Origin: Eledone cirrhosa | Taxonomy: Eukaryota | DNA: 64,000 nucleotides | Direction of reading: 5' to 3' | Assembly: GCA_964016885.1 (NCBI GenBank) | Contig: OZ024762.1 | Span: 620,001 to 684,000, forward strand | Part shown: piece by piece, positions 43,218 to 56,808 of the stretch | Numbering within the stretch: the stretch's first letter is position 1 | How the letters are laid out: each line of letters begins with the position of its first letter | Position numbers and translations under genes: made by a program | The notes under the pieces: generated by a model | Told to the model about the DNA's origin: nothing | Seen by the model: only the letters and a program-made list of their open reading frames with translations | Databases searched by the model: none

Positions 43218-44356
43218 GTGAGAAACATTTCCTCTTTTTCTGTTTTCTTCTTTTTGGAAGCAAAGTCGATACAAAATATCTTCAGGTAGTCTCAGGCCCC
43301 AGATAATAGGGGGTGGGGGCCTGGAATAAGTGGGCAGGGGGGAGGTGGAATATGGGGGGGATTTATGACATAAAACCGAAGATGTTGAATAATCAGAATA
43401 GTTACAATGTTGGACAAGTTGTCCAGGAGTAACATGTCTGGGGTTTTTTCTGTCCTGAGTTCAAATGTAACTGTGGCCTCCTTGAGTGTGTTAGTTTTAA
43501 TCTGTCTCCCAGTTTAACACAACCACCTGGTCCTAGTGGTAGACTTAATTTGTCCCCTGTTTAACACCACCTCACGGCTCTTAACAACAAATCCCTACTC
43601 CCACCCTATTTATCCTCATCAAAATTAATTTTTGATTCAGTGACATTATCAATAGTTATCTCCCTTGTATCGTACTATATCATTAGTGTTGCAATTATAA
43701 TTAATACTTTTTACATCATTAGGAACACAATTATAATTAATTAATTATTTTACCCCTGGCAACTGAAAAAAATTAGCCTCTATTTAACTGTGAGATGTTA
43801 GAGCTAAGCGGGAGTCGTATATCACTTTAAAAGACCACAAAAATACTTCAAATAGCTTTAAAATAACATGTCACAATCTTCTTCCCTCACTTCTTCCTAA
43901 GAGGGTCTCATGGGGGCAGAGTCCTCAAACTCTCCTTACAGCAGGTGCTGTCAGAAGCAACTGTCTCCAACTTATCTGACTGGATCCCCAAAGTGAGACC
44001 AGCCAAGCTCATGAATGTTAACCAACCAGCTTAGAGTGGGGTCTACCCCAGGGTCTCCTGGCGGTTGGTTTTTGCCCGTAAAATCTATCCTGAGACATTC
44101 TAACCACTTGTCCATAGTATCCAACTGATCCGGAAATAGTTATGAATAAAAAATATATATATATGTGTGTGTGTGTGTGTGTATATATATACATATATAT
44201 ATATAATGTGTGTATGTATGTGTGGTGTATATATATGTGTATGTGTGGTGTGTATATATGTGTATGTATGTGTATATGTATATGTATGTGTGGTGTATGT
44301 ATGTGTGTATATATATATGTGTGTATGTGTGTGTGTCTATGTATATATGTGTATGG

Positions 44357-44387
<31 letters not shown>

Positions 44388-44403
44388 TTTTTTATCTTCT
44401 CAG

Positions 44404-44522
44404 CTCAAAAGTTACCTCCAAGCTCATGTGAAGAAGTTGGAGCTGAAGACAACACAACTTTAAAGGAATTATCTGATCCCTCTAGTAAAACAACGAAGAA
44501 GAGTGGCTGTTCCCTATCCTGA
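44404..44522 (+). CDS. Rab22/31-like terminal exon; full CDS 609 nt, 202 aa
   Basis: tctcag|CT; AQKLPPSSCEEVGAEDNTTLKELSDPSSKTTKKSGCSLS*. Confidence 0.88.
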
Positions 44523-45277
44523 GTAATTGATTTTCTCAACCTCCCTTCCATCATCATCATCATCTTAATGTTTACATTCGTGTCTGACTGGGTTGGTCGA
44601 CATCCTTCTACCTGGCGCTTTCCTCTGACATCTCCTTTCTAAGGTTGACCATCATTAGATCAGCTCTCACACCACTTCTAATCGAGGTCTTCCTCTGCCT
44701 TGGTCTTCCTCTCCCATCACTTCCTTCCACTTGGAACTCTTGACACTTCTTTCCCCACAGATTGTTACAGTGGTGTTACATGTCTGTGCCAGCACCGTCC
44801 CACTGTTGTAATGTGTGACAGGGTGTATTATATCATGACACCAGTACTACTACTTTACAGAGTGTACTGGGTGTATTTTACCATGACACCAACACTAAAG
44901 AGGTTGTCTAATGCTGGGCCAGAATGAAGTGTTCTCTCAAATCTTATATTGTTAAACCCTATAATACTAAAGACTATTTTCAGACACAAACCAACAAACC
45001 AAACATTTATATAAAAGATTGATAATTTTCAAAAAGCTGGTAGAAAAATATAAAGGGCAAATAATGAGAAATAAAATAATACAAAGTAATGTTTAACCCA
45101 ACATATTTCAACATATTTCAGGGCTAAAACCCTCTTGTCAAATGGGGAACTGAAACAGTTCAAAACACAAACAAACGATCCGTGTGTTCTTCGCCTTCTT
45201 GTCTGAAATTATATACATTTTTATTTTTTTCTATTTTCAGCCATTGCCTTCAGCTGCTGCTGGTGCCACTGCTGCTG

Positions 45278-45323
<46 letters not shown>

Positions 45324-46729
45324 CATGGTCTCGCCTGTCTAAATCATCTTTCTACGGTTATCATCAGGTCCCTGGTTCAAATTATTCTGCGGCTGACTTA
45401 CACCAATTTTCTTTCTTAAACACCCCTTCTTTTTTAATGGAAGGTGGGGCGTACTTTTTAACAGGAAGGTGGTCTACCTTTTTAATGGAGGGAGAGGTGG
45501 GTTGTGCCTTTTTAATAGGGATGAAGGGGTCTACTTTTTAATGGGAAGGGAGTGGAGACTGGGGTCTAGTCTTTTGTGGTCATTGATTTAGCAAATGTAT
45601 TGATTGGGGGTTTGGGTTTTTTTTTTTATATTTCGGGGGAGGGGGGGGGCACTTTCCAAGTCTTGCTATCTCTCTCTCTCTCTCTCTTCATGTATATATG
45701 TAAATGTATGTATATATATATATATATATGTATATGTATATATATGTAAATGTATGTATGTATATATATATACACAGGGTGTACCCCAAAAATGTATACA
45801 TACTTCAATAGCATTCTAATAAATATTGCCTGTACAGGTAATCAAAGTATGTATACATTTTTTGGAATACCCTATATATATATATATATATATATATGAA
45901 TATGACATGCAGGCTTCCACACACTTCCCATCTACCAAATTCCATTCAACCTGAAACTAGAACTTTGCCCCAAATTTAATGCAGTCAGATTGAACCTAGA
46001 AACCCGTGGTAACAACACAAATTCATAAACCACCCTTAATCATGCGACAGTTATTACCTGTAATAATTCTCAAATATTACCTGTAATAACTGAGTTATTA
46101 CCTGTAATAGCTTACAGGTAATAATTCACAGGTATTACCTGTAATAATTTAGTTATTACTGTAATAATACAACAATTATTACCTGTAATAATACAACAGT
46201 TATTACCTGAAATCAATCAACAATTCTCACCTGTAATCAAGCAATAATTCTCACCTGTAATCAAGCAATAATTCTCACCTGTAATCAACAGGTGTCGCCT
46301 TACATTCTCCTCTTTCCACATAAATCTATCAAATATTTTGGCCAGTTTCATAAAAAAAATGTTGGAAGTATTTTTCTCACCAATTCTTTCTTAACTTATA
46401 TCTTATCTCCCAGTAGAATCTACAGAACTGTTGTTGTTGTTGCAGTTACTGTTGTTGTTGCAGTTGTTACTGTTGTTATTGTTGTTACTGTTGTCATTGT
46501 TGTTGTTGCTGTATCAGCCAGTTTAACCACCCAGTCCTTCAGAAGTAGACCTAATCTAGGCAGAGAGGGTTTATATCCCACTGAGGTAACTTTGTCTTTC
46601 AGCCTTACGGGGTTGATAAAATAAAGTACCAGTAATACACTGGGTCGATTTAATTGTCTCCCCCCCCCCTTCAAATTGCTGGCCTTGTGCCTAAAGTACA
46701 AACAATTATTATTATTATTATTATTATTC

Positions 46730-46950
46730 AGTGGATTGGCAGTAGAATCGGTAGAGGGTCAGGCACCATGCTTTGCAGCATAGAGTTATGGCCCTTTACG
46801 TTCTGAGTTCAAATCCCACCGAGGTTAACTTTGCCTTTCATCCTTATGGAGTCAATAAAATAAAGTACCAGTAATGTACTGGGATTGATTTAATAGACTT
46901 TCCCCTTCCCTCCCCTTTAAATTGCTGGCCTTGTGCCTAAAGTAGAAACC
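46730..46950 (+). mobile_element. SINE family B
   Basis: GAGTTCAAATCC B-box-like; GCCTTTCATCCTTA..GG.GTC.ATAAAATAAAGTACCAGT core; copies at 52718-52900 (-), 53975-54165 (+), 61785-61997 (-). Confidence 0.78.
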
Positions 46951-47104
46951 ATTACTAACATAATTGAGATTATCAGAGATTTGCCAGAATCAGTAGAGCA
47001 ACTGAATCAAATACTTTGTGCAATTTAATGTTGTCTCTTTATATTCTGAGCTCAAACCTCGCCGAGATCAACCTTTCTCTTTCTTGTATAAATGTTATGA
47101 TTGT

Positions 47105-47445
47105 GATGGTGCATGGCTAACTGGTTACAGTGCTGGTCTTACAATTGTGAGAGTGTGGGTTCGATGCCCGGACCAAGCAATTGTGTTGGCTTCTTAAGCA
47201 AGACCCTTTATTTCACGTTGCTCCAGTTTACTCGAATGATTTTCAACATCACTGGTGCCAAGATGTATCACCCTCTTTACCTTTGTCTTTCCCTTGGTCA
47301 ACATCAGAGGTGTGTAGAGGAGAGATTTGTATACATGAACAATTGCTGGTCTTCCACAAACAACCTTTCCCGGACTTGTAGCTCGGAGGGGAAGTTTCTA
47401 GGTACAAATCCCTTGGTCATTCATGACTGAAGGGAGTCTTTAATC
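47105..47445 (+). mobile_element. tRNA-derived SINE (variant family)
   Basis: TGGCTAACTGG A box, GGGTTCGATGCCC B box, CTTAAGCAAGACCCTTTATTTCACGTTGCTCCAGT core. Confidence 0.7.
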
Positions 47446-47671
47446 CTTTACCCTTTACCATTTACATTACTCTATATATATACTATTGTATTTTCACAGT
47501 AAAGGCTTTACCTCACATAATATCTCACATAATATTTACATTACTCTATATATACTATTGTATTTTCGCGGTAAAGGCTTTACCTCACATAATATCTCAC
47601 ATAATATCGAATCTATGAAATTTTGATATTATTTATGTTGAAAACAATACCTTAAGATCAGTATGAGTAGT

Positions 47672-48198
47672 TGGTTTGAACAGAAAGAGGTGAGAGAATT
47701 CTGGCCAGTTACAGCTGGTTTGAACTGAAAGAGGTGATAGAATTCTGGCCAATTACAGTCGGTTTGAATAAAAAGAAGTGAGAGAATTCTGGCCAGTTAC
47801 AGCTGGTTTGAACTGAATGAGGTGATAGAATTCTGGCCAGTTACAGCCAGTTTGAATAGAAAGAGGTGAGAGAATTCTGGCCAGTTACAGCTGGTTTGAA
47901 CTGAAAGAGGTGATAGAATTCTGGCCAGTTACAGCCAGTTTGAAAAGAAAGAGGTGAGAGAATTCTGGTCAGTTACAGCTGGTTTGAACTGAATGAGGTG
48001 ATAGAATTCTGGCCAGTTACAACTGGTTTGAACAGAAAGAGGGGAGAGAATTCTAGCCAGTTACAGCCGGTTTGAACAGAAAGAGGTGATAGAATTCTGG
48101 CCAGTTACAACTGGTTTGAACAGAAAGAGGTGATAGAATTCTGGTCAGTTACAGCCGGTTTGAACTGAATGAATTCTGACCAGATATGGCCAGTTTAA
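47672..48198. repeat. 44-bp minisatellite, about 12 copies
   Basis: GGTTTGAACAGAAAGAGGTGAGAGAATTCTGGCCAGTTACAGCT. Confidence 0.94.
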
Positions 48199-48777
48199 AT
48201 GCTAGTGTTAAAGCCATCATCATCAATATATTCCTCCATGAGCTATAATTCTATATTCAATACACAGCTCCTCGCATTTCATTTCAAAATAGACGACATT
48301 CCTCTTTGTTTTAAAAGTTTTTTATTTAAATTTTTTTTTTTTTTAATTATATTTTGCATGGCTGTTAATTAAAAGCTGAAGCAATATAACGAAAAAATAA
48401 ATTTAATTGGAAAAAAAAATGATAAAATGAACTTAAAATACTGAAAAATATTTTTGGACAATAAAATCTTATAAATGTTTACATAATAAAACATTTTATA
48501 TTTTTACTTTATTATTTTTATCATTTTGTGTGGTTTTTCTTGTTTGTTTGTTTTTAAAAAACTATTTTCATATTTTTATTTCCTCATTGCCATGTTGTTG
48601 GTGTTGGTGTTAGTGTTGTTGGTGGTGTTAGTGTTGGTTGTGGTGGTGGTTGTGTTAGTGTTGGTGGTTGTGTTAGTGTTGTTGGTGGTGGTTGTGTTAG
48701 TGTTGTTGGTGGTGTTAGTGTTGTTCTTGGTGTTGGTGGTGGTGGTGTAGTTCTTAGTATTGGTGGTGGGGTTGATA

Positions 48778-48808
<31 letters not shown>

Positions 48809-49097
48809 GTATATATACTCTTACCTGTTCCAGCCATCTAGTTGAGGCCATGCTGGGGCCCACGCTTGTTGTTACATGTTCTATCTCAGCCTGTATTGGC
48901 TGGCCATTGGTGTAACAGGGAGTTTGTTGCTGCAGCCCTTAGGTTGCCTTAATTCCGTGCTGTATATGTATGTATAATATATATATGTATATATAATAAA
49001 TATATATATGTATATGTGTGTATGGAGTGCAAGTCACTAGCAGGCTTGAAAAGCCATATCTGAGCATCACACATCTGAATTTGACAAGTAATTGCAA

Positions 49098-49136
<39 letters not shown>

Positions 49137-49368
49137 CATACACATCTGCAACAATATGCATGCATGATGATGATGATGATGTATATGCAACATTTAGAGA
49201 AAAAATAAATAACTGCATCGCATTAAAAATTGAAGTTTTTAATATTGCAAATTTTTACAACAATCTGTCCACTAGTAAAGACACTACAAATATTCGAATT
49301 AACAAACCTGTATTTTTTTTTTATCTTCAGATATTTTCTTCTTACTCATTGCAGGATGTTAATAGTTG

Positions 49369-50260
49369 CCGTATATACTCGAATATAAGCCGACCCTTTG
49401 TTTTAAGTCCAAGAAATAGGTAAAAACCAAACCTTGTGTATAAGTCAAGGCGGTTTTGAAATTCTTATGAATGGAAAATGTATTTAGGAAGTTTTACCAT
49501 TTACATTACTCTATATATATACTATTGTATTTTCACAGTAAAGGCTTTACCTCACATAATATCTCGCATAACATTTACATTACTCTATATACTATTGTAT
49601 TTTCGCAGTAAAGGCTTTACCTCACATAATATCTCACATAACATTTACATTACTCTATATATACTATTGTATTTTCACAGTAAAGGCTTTACCTCACATA
49701 ATATCTCACATAACATTTACATTACTCTATATATATATACTATTGTATTTTCACAGTAAAGGCTTTACCTCACATAATATCTCACATAACATTTACATTA
49801 CTCTATATATACTATTGTATTTTCACAGTAAAGGTTTTATCTTACATAATATCGAATCTATGAGATATTGATATTATTTATTTTGAGAACAATATCTTAA
49901 CATCAGTATGAGTGGCCAGTTACAGCCGGATTAAACAGAAAGAGGTGAGAGAATTCTGGCCAGATACGGCTGGTTTAAAGGGTTAAAATGTTTTAAGTGG
50001 TGTTTAGAATATAGTTTTTGTTTCACAACTCTATTATGTAATAACCTTTTACCAATTTCTGGCCGTTTTGAAAACCATATTTCACCTCCAAAGTGAAACT
50101 GGTGGAATATTACACCTCTGAAGTGAATTCACCTCCAAAATTCACTGTGAAAATATTTTAGCACCTCATTTATGTAAAATTGACCTCGAATATAAGTCAT
50201 TTTACCATCAAATAAATGTTTTTGTCACATATTTCTAGGCTTATATTCAAGTATATACGG
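49369..50260. mobile_element. pogo/Tigger-like non-autonomous DNA transposon with a nested insert
   Basis: 23-bp TIR CCGTATATACTCGAATATAAGCC / GGCTTATATTCAAGTATATACGG|TA; related ends near 9265 and 34780. Confidence 0.72.
49498..49852. repeat. ~72-bp minisatellite, about 5 copies
   Basis: CATTTACATTACTCTATATATACTATTGTATTTTCACAGTAAAGGCTTTACCTCACATAATATCTCACATAA; two more copies at 47459-47607. Confidence 0.93.
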
Positions 50261-51397
50261 TAGTTAAACTTCACCTCACAGCCAGGGTAGTCATGTTGTT
50301 GCTGTTGTTGCTAAGTCAACAACAAATAACACATACACACATCTATATATATATACACACAAACACATCTATGCACACACACACATATCTATATATAGAC
50401 ACACACAAACACATATATTACACATCTATGCACACACACATATCTATATATAGACACACACAAACACATATATTACACATCTATGCACACACACATCTAT
50501 ATATAGACACACACAAACACATATATTACACATCTATGCACACACTCATATCTATATATAGACACACACAAACAAACACATATACAGAGATGGCACATAC
50601 ACAAACAACGACACATATAAACATACTATGACACTAACATTCACACTGACGCACACACACACAACACACAGTGACACTGACACACACCATACAATACCAG
50701 TTATGTTCTAATGTTAATATTACTTTTTGATGTTTTTATAAATTTTTTTTGTTTAGATTTTTGATATTCTTCTTTTCCATTTTAATACACACACGTATAT
50801 ATATACATACACACACACATGTAACAACATATATATATATATATACACACACATGTAACAACATATATATGTTTGTGTATGCGTGTATATATCTATATAT
50901 TTATACATGTACAACAATACATATATGTTTGTGTGTAAATATCTATTTATTTATACATACTCACACACACACATATATATATATACATGTACAACTATAT
51001 ATATATATGTTTGTATGTAAATATCTATATATATACATATACACACATATATATATAAATGTGAGGAATCAAAGTATACCAAATATGATTGATTTTTGTG
51101 CTTATCAATAAAAAAGCTCAATAGACTTTGTCCCGAGCCATAATAATTCTAATATAAAAGATATTTATATATATATATACAAAGAGAAAGAAAGGACCTT
51201 ATACCTAAGAGAGTATATAGAATATATTGTATATATACAAAGTACACATTTCAAAGAAAAATATGTATTCTCGATGGAACCACTAAGATTCCCTATAGCA
51301 CTATTTCATGCCTCGTAAAACCGCAACCTAAAATCAATATATATTGTGTATTCTCTTGGATATATGGTCCTCTCTCTGTATATATCTTTTAATTTTG

Positions 51398-51440
<43 letters not shown>

Positions 51441-52002
51441 TACACACATATATATACACACACACATATATATATATGTGTGTATATATATATATATATA
51501 TAAATATACACACATATATATACACACACACATATATATATGTGTGTATATATATATATACATATACACACACGTATATATATATACACACACATATATG
51601 TGTGTATATACATATATATGTATATATATATATATATATGCTGCCCCAACATGACCTTAGCCTGTTGGCTGGAACACATACTAATAGAAAAAAATATATA
51701 TATACATACATATATATACATATACATATATATATGTGTGTGTTAGTTAAGTATGTAACTACAGTTGCAGTTGGTGTGCCATTCGTAGCACTCAATGCTG
51801 CTATGAGGTCCGTCTCATGTTTGGGTTGTGTTCCACAGTTAAGGGGTTTGTAGTGTGTAGAATGTGAATATTGTATTTAGAATCGAAGTCCCTGACACAG
51901 CATATATATATATATATATATATAGGTGAGTAATATTGTAGAACAATAAAACTATGCATATATCAGATAAGTAGCACTCAACAGTTGGTAGAACTGGAGT
52001 AT

Positions 52003-52215
52003 ATATAATAAAGAAGAAATAAAGATGGTTATAAGAGTTCCATATATTTTATTATATGTATTTGGGATACAAAATCATCCTGGGACAGATATTGTGTTCT
52101 CTTCAGATAAAAAGAGAACACAATATCTGTCCCAGGATGACTTTGTATTCGAAATACGTATAATAAAATATATGGAACTCTTATAACCATCTTTATTTCT
52201 TCTTTATTATATATA
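52003..52215. mobile_element. Inverted-repeat hammerhead cassette, both copies damaged
   Basis: ~100-bp arms; minus arm has CTGAAGA but CAAA in place of GAAA; plus arm has GAAATACGTATA but lacks CTG; same family as 63642-63818. Confidence 0.7.
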
Positions 52216-52243
52216 TATATATATATATATATACAAACTTTAT

Positions 52244-52325
52244 ATATTACAATTGTTTCAATATAGGTAAGCTGAGGATAGAATCATAATCATCAGGGCC
52301 CAACTCTCGACATCTCATCAGGTAT
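52244..52325 (-). ncRNA. Hammerhead-like motif (GUA triplet), weak stem I
   Basis: Minus strand: ATAC-CTGATGA-GATGT...ATATT-GAA-ACAATTGT-A-ATAT; partial inverted copy at 52511-52548. Confidence 0.5.
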
Positions 52326-52908
52326 GTGAGGTTATATGTGTAAAAAGACGGAGAGAAGCCATATCACTGTGATATCTGTAAAAAGTCATTCTTTAATAAG
52401 AGCAAGTTAACTATGCATAAATGTATACAGGAGACGAGCCAGATCACTAATATCGGAATCATTCTCTCAAAAAGCAAGCTAGAAAAAGAATGATTCTACC
52501 CCAAGTTTATCAATATTGAAACAATTGTAAAACGGCAATAAAGTTTATATATATATGTTGTGTTAGTGACTCTACTTTATTATATACATATAGATAGATA
52601 TATATAAACATACACACACATATACAACATATATATATACATACAGATATATATATAGCTACATTATATTACAAAATGAGCCCTCGATATGTATGGTGTT
52701 AGTCAAAGTATAGAATTGTTTCTACGTTAGGCACAAGGCCAGCAATTACCCAGTACATTACTGGTACTTTATTTTATCGACCCCGTAAGGATGAAAGGCA
52801 AAGTCAACCTCGGCGGGATTTGAACTCAGATCGTAAAGGGACGTAACTATGCTGCAAAGCATGGCGCCCGACCCTCTACCGATACTGCCAATCCACCGCC
52901 CTTCAAAG

Positions 52909-52941
<33 letters not shown>

Positions 52942-53055
52942 GATATACATATATATATACAGATATACATATATATATGCATATATATATATACATATAT
53001 ATATATATGTGCACATATATATGCATACATATATATATATATGTGCACATATATA

Positions 53056-53091
<36 letters not shown>

Positions 53092-53114
53092 TATGCATAT
53101 ATATATATATATGC

Positions 53115-53152
<38 letters not shown>

Positions 53153-53567
53153 TTACATATATATATATAAATACATATATATACACAGACACATATATAT
53201 CTAAATATTAGAGAGTCTGTGTGTGTATATATATGTATGCATAAATGTGTGTATATATATATATTATATATATGTATGTATAAATATATATATATATATA
53301 TATAATTCCCTAGCAAAACCTTTTTTTTTTTGTGTATTTTTGATTTGTCGAAAAATAATCTTTTTTACTCCCAGCCCTAGCCCCCCCCCCCCCCCCCCCC
53401 CATTGCTACCCCACCCTCACCCCCCGAATCCTTCACCCTTCACTCTTCACCGTTTTATTTATTTTTTGCATTGTTTTTCACTTCATTCTTTCTTTCTTTC
53501 GTTTTTTTCATTTCGTCTTTTTATCATCTCTTTTTTTCGTCTCATTTTTTCGTCTCTTTTTTCCTCT

Positions 53568-53811
53568 TCAGAATGTGACGTAAGTCATGAAAATGTACAT
53601 AATTAAGGCACTGAGTAAACCTGACGCAGGTAACGTCCCAAGCCATGCAAGGACAATGTTCCGAAATAACGACCAATCAACGTTCTCCTTGGACCGAACT
53701 CTTCCTACAAACACCACAGAACCAACTTTACAGTGAGTTGTACTGATTGGTATTCCGACATTGGAGGCAATCAGAACTGTTAACGCCGACCCAATTTCTA
53801 TACAGAATCCA
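53568..53811 (-). CDS. SLC20A1: SLC20/PiT sodium-dependent phosphate transporter, terminal exon (co-ortholog of SLC20A1/A2)
   Basis: tttcag|T; [36 protein letters not shown]...[37 protein letters not shown]. Confidence 0.95.
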
Positions 53812-54214
53812 CTGAAAAGACAAAGAAGAAAAAGATTTAGTATCATCATCATCACTATCAACATCATTATCATCATCATCTTCATCACCATCATTATCAT
53901 CATCATCATCACTATCACCATCATTATCATCATCATCTTCATCACCATCATGATCCTTACTAACATTATTACCATCGGTGGAATTGGCAGTATCGGTAGA
54001 GGGTCGGACGCCATGCTTTGACGCATAGAGTTACGGCCCTTGCCATATTCTGAGTTCAAATCCCGCCGAGGTTAACTTTGTCTTTCATCCTTACGGGGTC
54101 GATAAAATAAAAGTACCAGTAATGTACTGGGTAATTGCTGGCCTTGTGCCAAAAAGTAGAAACAATTATTACCATCATCATCATCATCACTATCATCATT
54201 ATCATCACCATCAT

Positions 54215-54560
54215 TATCACCACCATGTACAAAATTCAGGAAAGTGAATAATGTATGAGTCATTATATACACACAGAAACATGTGTGGAGGGGGAATACC
54301 AGGTGTAGTGTTGGCGATTCTCAGGAAGCATGGAGGTTTTAAAGGATGCAGTGTCTCAGCAGCTAACAACTGATGCAGGTAGTTTGTTCCATGCTTCAGC
54401 AACTCTGAGAATGAAGAAATGTTTCCGAAAGTCATGGGAGCTGTGCTGTTTTCTGACTTTGTTGGCATGTCCATGTGTGTTAGACACATGGAAGTCAAAA
54501 AGATGCTCAGGGTTGTTATTCGAAAGATGGTTAATAATCTTGTGGGTGTTTACCAAGTCA
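54215..54560 (-). mobile_element. CR1/L2-like LINE 3' fragment
   Basis: THGHANKVRKQHSSHDFRKHFFILRVAEAWNKLPASVVSC. Confidence 0.78.
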
Positions 54561-54752
54561 GTTGCACGACATATCATTCAACCTATGCTGGCTTAGCAAA
54601 CACAGATGTAAACCAGATGATGATGACAGATGTAAACTAGATGCAAACTAGATGAGGATAATGATGACAGATAAACCAGATATAAAACAGATGTAAACCA
54701 GATGAGGATGATGGCAGATGTAAACCAGATTGATAAAGGAAGGGCTACAAAC

Positions 54753-55054
54753 CTGGAAGGCGTTATTTTCGTTAAATCTTCCCCCATGGTTTTAATCACA
54801 CGTCGGCCCCAAATCCAAAGCCCTAGAGAAATTCCGCAGCCCCCATAAAATAGAATCCAAAGAGGAGTTGGTGCAGCTTGTAATACACTTTTATCTCGGG
54901 CTATTACCCACAATGCCACGATGGGGCCAATGGCGTTACTCACGTCATTACCGCCGTGAGCAAACGAACCAAAGACTGCTGTGAGGATTTGTAAGAAAGA
55001 AAATATTTGGATTGTCTCAGGAGAATCTTGGACAAGTTGACGAGCTTGCATTTT
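54753..55054 (-). CDS. SLC20A1: SLC20/PiT exon with the C-terminal PHO4 signature
   Basis: ttccag|AAA...TCC AG|gtttgt, 302 nt; [27 protein letters not shown]...[19 protein letters not shown]. Confidence 0.96.
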
Positions 55055-55100
55055 CTGGAAATAAATAATTAAACAATTAAAATGCAATAAATTAAAATAA

Positions 55101-55186
<86 letters not shown>

Positions 55187-55310
55187 TTATTATATATATA
55201 TATATATATCCAAGAGATGTCAACATGAATGGACCTGTTATTTTTATCTAAAGACATTTTTTCCAATTCCACCCCGCCCGTCCCTTCAATCTATCTTATT
55301 TCTCATTCTT

Positions 55311-55346
55311 TCTTCTGATGAAGGACTAGCATCCGAAACGTTAAGA
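55311..55346 (+). ncRNA. Minimal type I hammerhead motif (GUU triplet)
   Basis: TCTT-CTGATGA-A-GGA CTAGCA TCC-GAA-ACGT-T-AAGA; cassette about 55225-55425, homologous to 12165-12370 and a decayed copy at 59750-59900. Confidence 0.72.
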
Positions 55347-55521
55347 CCCTCTTCCTGCTATATCAAGCATTAACCTAATATATATACTGTACCAATTGTG
55401 TTGTTATTTCTGTTTACCTTTTACATATATATATATATGTATGTATGTATATATAAGTATGTATGTACTAAGTATCAGCCATACTAAGAGTGAGAAATGA
55501 AATTTCATTTCATTCTTTTCC

Positions 55522-55557
<36 letters not shown>

Positions 55558-55720
55558 AATTAGTATATCTACCAACATATATACAGATGCATACCTATGC
55601 TAGCAAATATATAGGTTTTGTCTTCGTAACTTTGTGGTTCAATGCAAGGGGGTGCAGAACAATAATATGAAAGACGTAAAATAAGAAAATTATAAAAATT
55701 AACTTACTTACTAAAATTTC

Positions 55721-55805
55721 ACTCCAACTAATTAGTTTCTGAAAGGGAATAAACATGGTTTCCGAATGGAACAACATGGAGAAATCCTTTCGTCATCAGG
55801 GAAGT
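55721..55805 (-). ncRNA. Type I hammerhead motif (GUU triplet) inside a cassette with ~52-bp terminal inverted repeats (55666-56071)
   Basis: Minus strand: TTCC-CTGATGA-C-GAAAGG...CCTTTC-A-GAA-ACTAATTAGT-T-GGAG. Confidence 0.72.
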
Positions 55806-56393
55806 CTATTCTCAGCTAAGTTCCCACGCAATGCGTGGACACAGTGAACTTATACAAAAATAATTCAGTGGATGGAAAAAAGCAAAGCGTTGACTAAGTT
55901 CCAAGACATTGAAAAAATCACTGCCTACTTGGTCGGTGGCAAATTCAAAAGAATCAATCACCAATCACGTGACATCAAGGTTAATCAGGGAGGAGTGGTG
56001 TGTTAAGAAGACAGCAGAATTTTAGTAAGTAAGTTAATTTTTATAATTTTCTTATTTTACGTCTTTCATATATATATATAAATATAAATGTGTATATATA
56101 TACACATATATATATATAAATTTGTGTTGGAGCTCTGAAAAAGCGATGTATATATGAATGTATGTATTGTATATTTAATAATATATTGTATACTTATTTA
56201 AAGACATTTTGAAGGCCTTTCACTGTGAATTTAAGGTAATGCATGAGAGAGAGAGAGAGTGAGCATGTGTGTGAGAGAGAGAGTGAGCATGTGTGTGAGA
56301 GGGAGAGTGTCTGTTTAGATGTGGTGTGGTGTTGTACAACCCAAGAAGCTACTTCAGGTTCATTAAAACAGTAACGAGGACAAATTAATTTAC

Positions 56394-56443
56394 CTCAACT
56401 TCGCTGCTTGACAGAGTTCGAGATCGTTTCGATGCTCGTCTTT
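56394..56443 (-). CDS. SLC20A1: SLC20/PiT 50-nt exon (cytoplasmic loop)
   Basis: tttcag|AA...GAG|gtaaat; (E)RRASKRSRTLSSSEVE; phase 1 to 0 fits its neighbours. Confidence 0.78.
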
Positions 56444-56494
56444 CTGAAATTGATAAAACAAGAAACTTTCATTGATTGATACGGGAGTGATGAG

Positions 56495-56808
56495 CAGTAG
56501 CCCCTAATATGTCAGGGTTGAGGTCTTTCAGCCCCACCTTGTATGTCAGGGTTGAGGGTTTTACAGTACCCCCTTGTATGTCAGGGTTGAGGGTTTTTAC
56601 AGTAACCCCTAATATGTCAGGATTGAGGGTTTTACAGTAACCCCTAATATGTCAGGGTTGAGGGTTTTTAGAGTAGCCCCTAATATGTCAGGGTTGAGGT
56701 TTTTACAGTAACCCCTAATATGTCAGGGTTGAGGGTTTTTACAGTAGCCCCTAATATGTCAGGGTTGAGGTTTTTACAGTAGCCCCTTGTATGTCAGGGT
56801 TGAGGTCT
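56495..56808. repeat. 35-36-bp minisatellite, about 9 copies
   Basis: CAGTAGCCCCTAATATGTCAGGGTTGAGGGTTTTTA. Confidence 0.93.
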
